Notes under the pieces: generated by a model
What the model was told of the DNA's origin: nothing
The model's input: the letters and a program-made list of their open reading frames with translations, nothing else
Database searches by the model: none
Program-made: the position numbers and the translations under genes
Shown here: positions 26,556-38,300 of the stretch, piece after piece
Layout of the letters: each line of letters opens with the position of its first letter
Numbering within the stretch: position 1 is the first letter of the stretch
NCBI GenBank assembly: GCA_973895155.1
Contig: OZ316895.1
Span: 21,402,558-21,466,557, forward strand
DNA from: Marsupella aquatica
Taxonomy: Eukaryota > Plantae > Marchantiophyta
Direction: 5' to 3'
DNA: 64,000 nt

Positions 26556-29500
26556 TGTTGAGACCAACTTACTGGGGATGCAAATTACACCCCTTGTTAT
26601 TGTGATAGTTTTGCACCATGAAAATTTTGTCCCTGTTTTTCAATTGTTCACAATGGAGAGTTTGCCTGTGGTCATGAGAAAACTCCGAGTGGCCACCGCA
26701 CTCTGAATAGTCCATTCCAAACATTTGTTGATTCAAATGATATATTTCTTTTGTACAAATGGTCACAATTTTGGGTTTCAAAGGCTGCTAGGTCCACCCG
26801 AGTTGCACGGACAGATGTATGTCCATCCAAGCAACCCCTCCACGTAGATTTGCTTGCTCAGTGATCTAGGTGGACAAGCTTTAATTGATAGGGGCACCCT
26901 CTTTTATTAATTATGTTGCTTGATAGGATGTTATGTCACTTGATGGGCTGTTATGTGGTCAGGGTTGCATTAGGGTGACTTTACAAGAAGTCAGGGCCCA
27001 TTATTTCTTTTTCTTCCCTCAGATTAAATTTGTGCGGCGTATAATGATTCAAAGTGGATGAACTTGGTTTCACACGCACTTGGGGCCCATTAAGTTACGG
27101 TGTCTACCAATCCTACATAGCAAGCAATGGGCCCATGGAAATGCTGATGGAGAGCTTCTTTTTTTACAAACTTTGGACCACCTCTAGAGGTGGTCCAAAC
27201 ATTTTGAAACTTTGGCTCCTTTATTCAAGGGATTTGCATTTCTTGCACTTTATTTCATAAAGATTTTTGGTCTGGAGTCATCTTTGGAACAAGGAGCTGC
27301 CCTCCAGTTTGCTTTGGTGAAAAACTTACAAGTGCCCCAACATCTTGTAAAGCCTCCCTTAGATGCACCAATGACTCTTTGATTGCCTCTACAGACATGT
27401 GGCTCGCCAATTTTCTTGCTTCCAGGCAGTAAACACCAATATAACCTGGTGAGCTTCCCTGGTCAGCAGGGGACATTAAGTGAAACTCTACTTGCACCAT
27501 CATGGAGTGACAAAGTGAGTTATAGTAATGGGAGACCTCACAATCTACCCTAGTGCTGAGGGACACCACCCCATGCAAGTGTGAGTTTTGGGACTGAGGT
27601 TTCTAAACAGCTTATGGACCAAAAATTTACCAAACCGGCAATTGCATTAAACTTCATATTCCTTTGCATTGTAGCATCAGGATCCAAACACATCAAGCCT
27701 ACTTATTTCTTTTCCAACACAGTGTGCATGGCTCAAAAACGCCTGGCAAAAAGGCCTGGCTTTGTGTTGTTGCTGGTGTAAATCCCAACACCACGGTACA
27801 ATTGGTGTGTGAGGGTAAGGTAACCAAGAGTATTCTTGGCAGTTTGACGGAGACCAGATGACTGGTTCAACCTTCATGTGACCAAAAATCACCTGGTTCT
27901 ATTTTGGGGTTTTGAAAGCATGCATTACTTTCCATTAAATCATTACACCATGATTATTACAACTTTTATTTTACAACAGAATGACTTGAGGATAATTACC
28001 CTCTTTCCCAAAGTATAACCCGAATGCTTTCTTGTCGAGCCACTTTCAAGGCTTGTTGTTTGGCTATTTAACAATTTCTGTTTTGCCTAGATTAGTTCTC
28101 TCCAGGAAGGGGTATTTCATAAATAAGAACTCTAAATTTCTAGACTCAAGAACTGATTGCAGTTTTTATTTCTTCTTCTCCATTGCTGCATGCATATGGA
28201 CATTTCCTGTAAATCAATGATATGAATCGGCCACTTTCTCACTTTTGGGAAAGGACTCCAAGCGACAACTTCACTCCTTCCCTAGGAAATATTTTCTGTT
28301 ATAAAGTTTTGGCATATGCACGTGAGTTGCTTAATTCCCCACAATTAAAGAAAACCATTACATCTTGCAACTGACTCTCCTAGGTAGGCAAAGATTTGGC
28401 CAATCGAAAATCTTGATGTTTTTTTTGTATTGAGTTGCCATAGGATTTTTGAGATAAGATATGGGTGAAAATTGGCTCAGAAAAATGTCTGCCTGGAAAA
28501 GCAGCCTAGAAAGAACTGGCTCACATAAATTAATCTGAATTCTAATTGTGGTCATAGTCTACCATTCATGAGCTACTCTATAGAGTAAAACCATAGGCTA
28601 TCATTTCTATCTAAAGTATGTTTGTGAGTAAGGAGGGGCATGGGACTCTGCATGTGAAGAGCTCTTCCCATGACTAAGAATGAGTACTGGGCTAGTGATA
28701 TAAAGTACCCCAAGAGGGCATACGTTGAAATCACAATCCTTTTGGACTTTGAAATCAGTCTTCTGTAATTTATTTTTTCTTGTTAACAGACATCCATAAG
28801 ACATGGTTGTAAGGAAACTTCGTAGGCTGGACACAATCCTGATGGCAAGAATATAGTAGTGTATCCCCATTTCTGCAATAATTAAATGATTATTAAGAAT
28901 TTGGAACTGATTACCAAAATGTTAGAGTGCTTGTGAACCTAGGAAGAACTGTGGGATGAATTTAGAGAATATTCTCAGTATCTTGATGTATACAGTGACT
29001 TTTCAGTGTATGTATAAGTTGTTTGTCTAAATTAGATCATGCAAACATGATAATCATTATACAATACAACTAAGTCCATTTTGTCTCTGGCGACTGGAGG
29101 GGTGTTGGGGCTGCTTTGTGTGCTCGGTATATGTTGTTTGCTTCCCCTATTCCATGGGGTTTTCCCAAATTATATAAACAAATACTATCCAAAGAAAAAA
29201 TAATTAATATTTTGCACAGGTTCTGCATGAACTGGGAATGGCACTATAGTAATCAGGGTCACATGTTATGACAAGAACCTATTTTGCTAGAGGAGGCCCC
29301 TAATAATGCAACATGCAAGTTAGTAGTTAGTACAAGCATCGTGACACTTGGGAGAAAGATTTCACACGTTGGGTGTCGTGTGAGCCTCAATTGTATAGAG
29401 TATTCGTTTCAAGATGAATTAAAAAAAAAGATATTCCTCTTGTAGTTTCCTTACCATAGCTTCTAACGAGTTAGGGATAGTGCTGATATGAACGACGGCA

Positions 29501-29682
29501 GCACCGACGGTGGGAGGCCGGCACCGTAAGGGAGGGGACGGTGGGCCCACCGCAGTCATGTCAAGCATCAACGTGGGTCGACACCGTCCATGTGCAGTGA
29601 CGTCACGTTTAGGGGGGTCTTGTCTTTGGGAAGGGGTGTCATGATTATTAACTTTTATGATGATTATTGTGACGAGTAGTTC

Positions 29683-29860
29683 TCGTCTTCTTCCTCTTAT
29701 TCCTATTCTTCTCGTTTATTTTATTAGTACGTGCAATGACACGAGAATTTATCGTCTTCCTCCTCCTATTCCTATTCTTCTTGCCTATTTTATTAGCAGG
29801 TGGAATGACACGATAATTTATCGTTTCTTCATCTTATTCTTTTGTTTATTTCTTTTATCA
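29683..29860. repeat. About 69-bp tandem repeat, about 2.5 copies
   Basis: TCGTCTTC(T/C)TCCTC(T/C)TATTCCTATTCTTCT...AATGACACGA repeated. Confidence 0.75.
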
Positions 29861-31949
29861 GGTAGTAGCAATGTTTCTTGTATGTACATCACGAATGTAT
29901 CTGGTCGTCCCCTATTCTGATTCTTGATGTAAATTTATTTATTTTGTTGGTAGGAGCAATTTTTGGGTTGGCTGTTGGTATGAGGTGTGGCACTCATGAC
30001 TCATGACCAAGGTCCACGTTGGAAGTTCCAACTTGGAATGAGTCCATGATTGGGTCAAAGCTAATTGCATCATGCCTACCAACTCGAATCACATGTTTTT
30101 TGACAACGGATGTCACCCCATGATGGTTATGAAAGAGCTAAAGTAAGTTCTAGGATGCCCCGCAACATCCCAATTGAAATTGTAAGCTTCACATTTTTGT
30201 GACTTAGTATATATTCTATGAATTTTGGAGGAGGGGAGCCCTGCCCAAGCATTTTTGACCTTGCAAAATGGCTTGGGCAGGGAACACTATCACTTCATTT
30301 TGAGGGCACAGAAAATGGAACTGGAATTCTGGCAAAAACCATATGGAGGGATTGAAGAGGCACGAGACCTCAGCAGGAGGCTACAGGTGGGTAGAAACAA
30401 TGCAGGCAGAGGCAATTCAATAAACGAGAATAGCACTCCAAAGGGCTTTTATGGGTTAGTATGTACTACGTGATAGTTTGTTTTGCTTATAATCACTCTT
30501 GCAGTTCATACATTTATTTCTTGGACACTTCTCCTTTTATATGGCCAGTGGTGGTGTGCCTCTAAGCAAGCTTGCAAGCAAGGGAAACCCCTGGTTTATA
30601 TCAAAATTCCCACAAGTATCAGGAGCAACAATGACATGTGTCATAGCTGACCCACACAGAGCAATTTGGCGCAGAACCCATATTTTATGCTAAAGCATAG
30701 TCTTGAGCAGAATTGTCATCGCCGGTCACTCCGGGCCACCTGAGCTGACTACTACAGTAGGCGGCTCTCGTGGTTCATACCGAGTGTTTTTCAGGTGCTA
30801 AGGAGGAAGAATATTGCTAGCAAGTCACCAGAGTGGTTCTTTAATATGCTCTTAATTTCGATTTGTAGTACATTTCTAGGACTCCATACTGCTAGCTAGC
30901 CCAAAAGGAGTCAAAATTAGGTTTTGTGAAAAAATCACACAAAATTTAAGATACTTGAAACCGAGTCTTGGTTAGCAAGAGACTACGTAGGTTTGCCAGC
31001 AACCCTCAATACCTTTCATACCCTGATTTCTTGGTACTGAGACTGTCTCCAAGAAGCCCCTGTAGATATGTTTTCACTTGTTCCATTAGAAAAACTCTAA
31101 AATATTTTCAACAAAGAAGTGTAACATTTCATGGTGAAACTGCTATATGGTGAATCCACTATTCAAATTTTGTGTTCAGTGTTTTTATTTTAATGTGTCT
31201 TAAAAAGGTGAATCATTTGTATTAATTTGATTTTGAATTAACTTTTGGACCCCTTTTAATTTTGGTGAACATAGAGTATTTTGAATGGATTTGGCTCCCC
31301 TCATAAATGTTTAATTTTTCTTTTCAATCACTCCTTAGTGAATTATCTTGTTGCTCATGAGAGTAAAAGAAATGAATTTGAACAATGTGCACATCTGGTG
31401 TACTAAGTTCTCATCTTGTTTTCCTTTACAAAATTTATGGTTTTAATTGAGTTGATTATCATTATCTAGAAACAAGTGAAAATATGTACTGCATGTGCAT
31501 TTTTAGTACCTTTGTACTTTCTTGGTCATAATGCGTTTTTCTTTGCGTGTGTACTATGTCACTCACTCTTAATTAACAACTATTAATTTATTGACATATA
31601 TTTTACATGTACCTATTTCTTTTATCATAAAATAAATCAAATGAATTACATATCACTACAAAACAAAAAAATAAAATATGTTCCAAGATGAACATGCTAT
31701 ACCACTAAAACTTGTACTTTTGTCTTGTCCCAAAGTAAAACATGAAAATGGCCCAGCCTCAACTCAGGTCAGACTTTGCTCAGGTTGAGGGAACTTTAAA
31801 TATATACATGGAAAAGTGTGGTGCCAGTTAAAGCAAGAAAGAAAAAGTTAACTGTGAAAGCTATGCATGCACTTAATTAATGTAGGATGCTAAACAAATT
31901 CTTGATATTTTTGGCCCAAAAGAAATAAATTAATTATAGATTTTTGAGC

Positions 31950-34510
31950 CAATTTCAGCTTTATTAAACCACTTATTCACACATAAATTACTGCGGGTAA
32001 CCCATAGCATTCATTTCACATATAGTACACGTAGTGTATAGTGAACTGTGTATAAGTGCAGCGTAGATAAGTGTATTCCATATATTAGGGGAGGCCAACC
32101 ATGTTGTGGCCTAGTATTATGAGTATTTTCTTTGGAAATGCACCAAAAAATGCAGGTCCTTCCCCACTAAATGACAAAATATTGGCACTAGACTACAAAT
32201 ACAATAGTTCATTTTTGTCTCTAAGAGTACACCTGCATTTATAAAAATTACTGCAAAATATACATAAGAAGCATTTAAAATAAGTGCAGCAAATTTATCA
32301 AATTGAAATGTGCAATATGAGGGCTTGGGGTATGAGGAATCTGATGATTCCCCATGCACTTAATAGATAAGGTATATGGAGCAGTGCATACATGATGTTT
32401 CATGCACTTATGGCAAAGTGCATTCCATGGATAAGTACTGGCTGGTGGTGTCTTGCTGGGAGCCAGCACTTACACCCAGTTCACTGTATACCAAAGAGCA
32501 CATCATATCTTTAAGCATAGTGTCATCTAGTTCACCATAGGTGGCTGTCTATAATGGCTAAAAAGTATATCTCGACCCACACAAACCCTCATCTGAAAAT
32601 AGTTCATGTTTTTTTATGAGGGTCCTATGATGGAACGTGAGTGGGAGTCGGGTAGGTCTCCTGTTCGACTAGTCAAATGAACACAGGAGAGTTAGGGGCA
32701 GCTGTGATTAAGCAGCACTGCAAACCTATTATGCTATTCAGCCTTTTTTTCTACTCCACGCAAATTGTGAAACTAGTCAAACAGTTGCTTCCCTTTACCA
32801 AACATTCCCCACTTTGCAGACCACTGTTACACACTTTTCTATTTATTGCATTCCAAACTATTTAAGCTTTGTAAGCCATTATTTTGGTTATTTTCATAAA
32901 GCTACCACGACGACATTTAAACATGAAGGACAAGGGGACAAAGGCATGACACATACACTAGCCCCAAGGGATTTAGCTCATGAAAGGCCAACTGATTTAC
33001 TTAAGCCTAACAATGGGTCCTTAGTTTCTATATTATTCTATATTATTTATATGCATTTGATATCAAAACACAAACAAAGCAATGTAAAACTTCCCCAAGA
33101 TCTCACTTGTGCTGCTCGTCTCAGCCTGGTTGGCCACTTGTGCTTTGGTTCTAGTTGACAAAAAAGCTCAATAATATAGTTCTGACTTGACAAAAATATC
33201 CCATAAAAAGCACTCGCAACGCCCATTATATCATGTGGCTGACATTTCAAATTGGCAGGCAACCTAATCATATCTTAGTTTATGGAGAAGTGATTCTAGC
33301 CAATCCTTGGGAACATGTAGTGTGTTTTGATCTTGAACATTTTCCATTATAACGTAGAAGAACACATAAGATGAGGTAAGAAGGGGTGGGCCATAAGGAT
33401 AAGGTCAATCAAATGGGAAAGAAAAGCCCCATGACACAATAGTATTTGTTGGAGACTCAATAGTGTAACAAACCAGTTCCACCTTCAAATTGCACGCAAT
33501 ATCCCTGCAGATGTCTCCATCCCACTTCTATTATGTTTTCAATTTTCAATGCCAATTGCAATGGTGCTACCACTTCCAACAATACCATCAGACAAATTAG
33601 AGGGAGAAATGCTCATGGTGTAAGATTTAGAGTTAAAATGAAGGAGGGATAAGAGTAAGGGAATGGGGAACAAGGTTGCCTAATGGACATGAAGGGCAAG
33701 GATGCTATGGGGCAGCAAGAGACAAAATTGAACAGCACCAAGGGATAAAGAAACAGACAAGAGGCAAAATGGGGCAGCAAGGGGATTTTTGGACATCAAG
33801 TAATGCAAAGGGAAAAAAAAAATAGACACCTATTGGAGATCGCACCTTTTAAGCACCTCAATTACAGGTGTAAAATAACCTCGGTTGGAGATCAACCAGC
33901 CACAAGCCTTTCAAATAATTGTCATCTTTTCAACTAAATAACTTTTGTATCTAAGCCAATAGACTCACTTTTACTATGCTTCATTCAAAAGTGCAATTGC
34001 ACTAATTTATCACGGCAAGCTGCCACTTGATTTAGTACTGCACACTAGGACTAATGAACTTGATTTAGTACTGCACACTAGGACATCTTTCCATTGGGAC
34101 ATCTTTCCATTGCTAGGTCTCTCAAATTAAACTACACCTGCCCCTATAAAAGCTTCCTCACTATTCACCATAAAAGGTATAGCACCTGCCAATAAAAGGT
34201 GTTGCACTCACCAAAATTTGTGAAATTCAAAGTCCATTCCTGAACCTGTGCGCCCCTATAAAGTGCGCCCCTATAAAAGCTTGATTCCATGCCTCACTAC
34301 TCACCATCCATAATTTATGTATAGCACTCCAGTTTTTATGGAGGAGCACCTGCCAATAAAAGGTGTTGCACTCACCAAAATTTGTGGAACTCAAAGTCGA
34401 TTCCTGTGCCACACTGTACAATGACAGCTACGGGTTATGCAATGTACAATAAGAGCTACAGGTTACCCATAGCTCATTTTAGATGCACTTGTGGTTTAAA
34501 TAAGAGCATG
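31950..34510 (+). mobile_element. Decayed hAT transposon with transposase relics
   Basis: Imperfect inverted ends of about 55 bp (TTATTAAACCAC...GGGTAACCCATAGC at about 31961-32008 versus the reverse complement of about 34455-34505). Plus-strand remnants in the expected order: LIDKV/WSSAYMM (about 32360-32397, like DVxTRWNSTYxM), LDPHK (about 32571, like LDPRFK) and WRLNSVTNQFHLQIARNIPA (33450-33509, hATC-like). Confidence 0.5.
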
Positions 34511-35372
34511 CTTAAAAGCACTCTCAATGTACTAACAATTTTGTGACGGCTTTATGCCTGGTCAAGGGAGGTTTGTAGAAAATTGAGGCTTCACAACAGG
34601 TACCTAATTGATCATATCTTGTCATCCTAATGGTCAATCCCTATAGGCCAGTGAACAGAACACACCCTCTCATCTATCATCAACAAATCCATGGAAGGCA
34701 TTGTAAAAGTCTTTACAAACCTAGGTTTAATGAACTGATGTCCCCTCATTGTGCTCAAGAAGACAATCTAGAATTTCCCTAGCGATATTACCAAGAACAC
34801 TCTATCATCCAGAAAATATAATTGGTTCAAAGGGAGAAGACAGAGTTCAAATCCCCGTCTTATTTGAACCTCAAAGAATTGGCCATTAAAGAGACTCACT
34901 GATTCAAAGATGACAGGTTTCAATCTGGCCACCTCACCATGATGATTACCTACATAATCAACCATCAGAACTGTGACCTATATTCATAGTTAACCAACCA
35001 TGGTAAGTTGCCTTCCACTTAAGCATGGTAAACAAGGGGACCTCTTACAATCTGGCGGGGGGAATTTGGACGCTACTCTGCCAACTTTGGCCATCCTGGT
35101 AAAGATCTCATGCCTTCATTTACAAGTGGAGAGCGACAAGACTGGATAAATCTCGAAGGCCTCATGCAGAACTACTTCACACCTGTCAACCTAGCACTGT
35201 ACATTGATCTCTATATTCCCACACCAATCCGAGCCTTTGCTGTAAAACAAATGCTCACCGCTACAAAACAAGCGAAAGGGAAGTCAGGAATGGGACCACT
35301 GATTTTTTATATGCACATGGGGATTTTAGGCTTCTATTTCTACAACAGATGATATTAAGCTAAGTTCGTCCA

Positions 35373-38300
35373 TTAATTGTCAGAGGCTTTCAATTTTCGC
35401 GCTCGCTTGTTGTGCGGTGGTGATGGAGGAGCTTCTGAAAACCTTGCTGGTGCCTGTAGAAGGACACAGGGTTATATCATCTGGCAGCATATTGGGTTTA
35501 TGCAATTCTTTCAAATCAAATGTCCAAGATAGCAATGCAAACCCACATTTGTTTAACACCTCACTCTATAAAGTGTTTCCACCCAAAGTGCCGACGCTGC
35601 TATGATCTCGAAGACATCCCTTTCACACAAGTAAAGCCAATCCGAGAGGAAGCTCACCTTCCGCTTATGCTCTCTTTTGCCAAGTCGCTCACCTGCACAA
35701 TACGAGAACAATAACCAACAACTGGAATCAACAAAAAATAAATTTCATACATGAAACCGAAGACCACCCAGGACAGATCCTTCACAGTTAAATCCACGAG
35801 TACAGAATTTTTCCATGCAATTTCATCAGTATTCACCGAACAGCCACTCCATTTAGGGAAAGTCTTTGACAGGCTTCTTGAGCTACTTGCATTCGCTGAC
35901 ATCCTAAGGCAGGGTACGGTGCAGATGCTCACCCGAGTAGCCATCTGTATCTAGTCCTCCAGCAGTTGCCCGAGTTGACACACGCTCAAGGTCGTTTGCA
36001 CGGTGGGACCTCTGTTTCAAATGGCGTTCATACGAAGTCAATCCTCCCCTTATAAGTCATCCCAATCTAACTATTGCCATTGATAAACTTAGCATGGAAT
36101 CGATTCACTTCTATGCCTGTACACAAAGATACTTCAAGGTGCTGTGTACTTTGAACTATAACCATCAAATGGCATTGCATAGAAAGATGTGACAAAAGCC
36201 AGCAATCTCAATACACACTCAAAAACACACGTATGCAATTGAATGTAATGTAAAATGCACCGTCCAGAAACAGAATGGAATTCAGATGGTCTATATTCTC
36301 ACCTTGGGAGTACTAGGGGTGGGGATATCAGCGTAAGGGTTGTCCCTCAAAACCGCAACCTCGGTCTCTTTCCACTGTACCTGATGATTAGAAGGTCAGA
36401 CAAACGTCCCTCTGCGTCCATGCTCCAAAGCGACCAAGGAGAGGTCCATCCACACTATAGACAGGGTGCTAAGAATTCTACGAAGCAGACCACCTTCTAA
36501 GGTCCCTGTTTAATAAGCAAAAATCGAGCTTTGAGACAACTCCGTCCTAGTACGCTACATTTTCTGAGACAAGCCGCTAGTTTATTGCGTGGAGAGATTA
36601 GACGGTAAAGATAACAGCCAGCAATACTTAAATCGGCCTCACCTGTTTTTGAAGGTTGAAAAGTGCCTGTACTTCCTTTCGAAGCTCTAAATGTTCTGTG
36701 AAAACAGCCTTGGTTGGCACCTTTGCTTTTGACCGAACCTGTGATTTCAAAGTGAACCACATTCATGAATACATGCATACCAGTATGTGACAGAATTCTT
36801 ATCATGAAGGAAGCCAGGAGAAAGTGGAATAATTGGCTTCTGAAAAGAAGAGCTCGAGAAACCACTCACTCCAAGTTCCTCAAGCATCTGATCAACACGC
36901 TTAGATGTCCTCACACCAGCTGCCGTGACACTTGCTTGTACCATTTGTGCCAGAAGAGTTGCTCTGAGGAACACTCGGGGCTGGAATAAAAATAATGTCA
37001 GCCATTTGTGATTAAAATCTGTGCAAGTACTTGTCATTGTTCTCTAATAAGCCATCCACAGAATGAAATTCCTCACACTAAGTGGATATTAAGGGGCAGA
37101 GGTGTCCTATATATACCAAAGGCTTGTCTTCTACAATTGGAACTAACAATAAAACAACGCATCCAGGTGTTTGGTACAGGGTGTGAGAGCTTACCGTGCG
37201 CGGTCCTAAAGAGTTTGCAATTGGGCCGCTAGACACAGGAACTCCAGATGATACTGGCGCAGCTGTAGGAGTAGCACTGACGACAGGCCCTGCTGAAGGA
37301 ATAGTTGGTGCTGACATTGGAGGGGAGGTTGGACGAGCAGGAGTCTGAGGAGACTTGTCTGTGACGTCAGCATGTAGATTGGTATCAGGTACTGAATCTT
37401 GTAAAGGTACTTCCGCTGCTTCTGCCATCTGCCCACGTAGCACACCGTTACCAAAAAAGGCAGGAATCTATATACGAGAGCCAGCCAACTCTAGCAGTAG
37501 ATTTTCTAGCATCAAAAGTACCTTCAGAATATCCTGCTGAAACATGTCATGAGCGAGCAAAAGGATACAGCAATTTTCAATGAACATAACTGTTTATCAT
37601 CTACAATAGAAGGCACAGTCATACAAAATTCAGCACCTTTGCATTTTGGCGTGCTTCCCTGATAGATTTTGCTTCAGCCAAAACCTGATTCAGAAACGAC
37701 AATCAGATGTGCGACAATAGCTTCTCAGCATCTCAATCATAACATCACCTGTAGAGGCATAGCTTCCACACAGACGACATACAAAAACGTGCTTTGAGGG
37801 AAGCGTTGTACTCCTAGAAATACGAAAAAGAGGATTACCTTGTCATCCTCTCGTTGTTGTTGACGAGTCTGTGACCAAAGTATGCCAAGCGCCCTCTTGC
37901 GCTCTGCTTCATATTGTACATTATATGTGTCCTGCTCAATACCAGGACAGTACGTCACCTAAAATGAAAATAACCGGGTTTCCATTTCTTAGATGCGATG
38001 AGGTGGAAGCAACCATGTCACATAAATGGGTCTTAAGGAAGACGGAGATGCCATCGAGTAGCACAACTTTACAGCAAACGATTTCAGAGCAACCATACCC
38101 AATTCCTCTCATCTTTAGGTTACATGAATGACAATTTAGACGACAAAATTAGGCAAAACGACAGAACTTGAGTTCGTGGATTAATTATCTTTGTGCGAAA
38201 GTTGCTAATTAAGACTTCTAATCTAAACTCTCATAATACCACTAGCGCGACAAATGGATAGTATTGGAAAGAAATATTGCATAGAAGATCTAGCTAATAC

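Noticed and set aside
27255-27900. Protein-like short ORFs in the intergenic region
   Set aside because: No recognisable motif or splice structure, so a call cannot be supported without a database search.
34835-34860. B-box-like GTTCAAATCC
   Set aside because: No A-box or cloverleaf around it.
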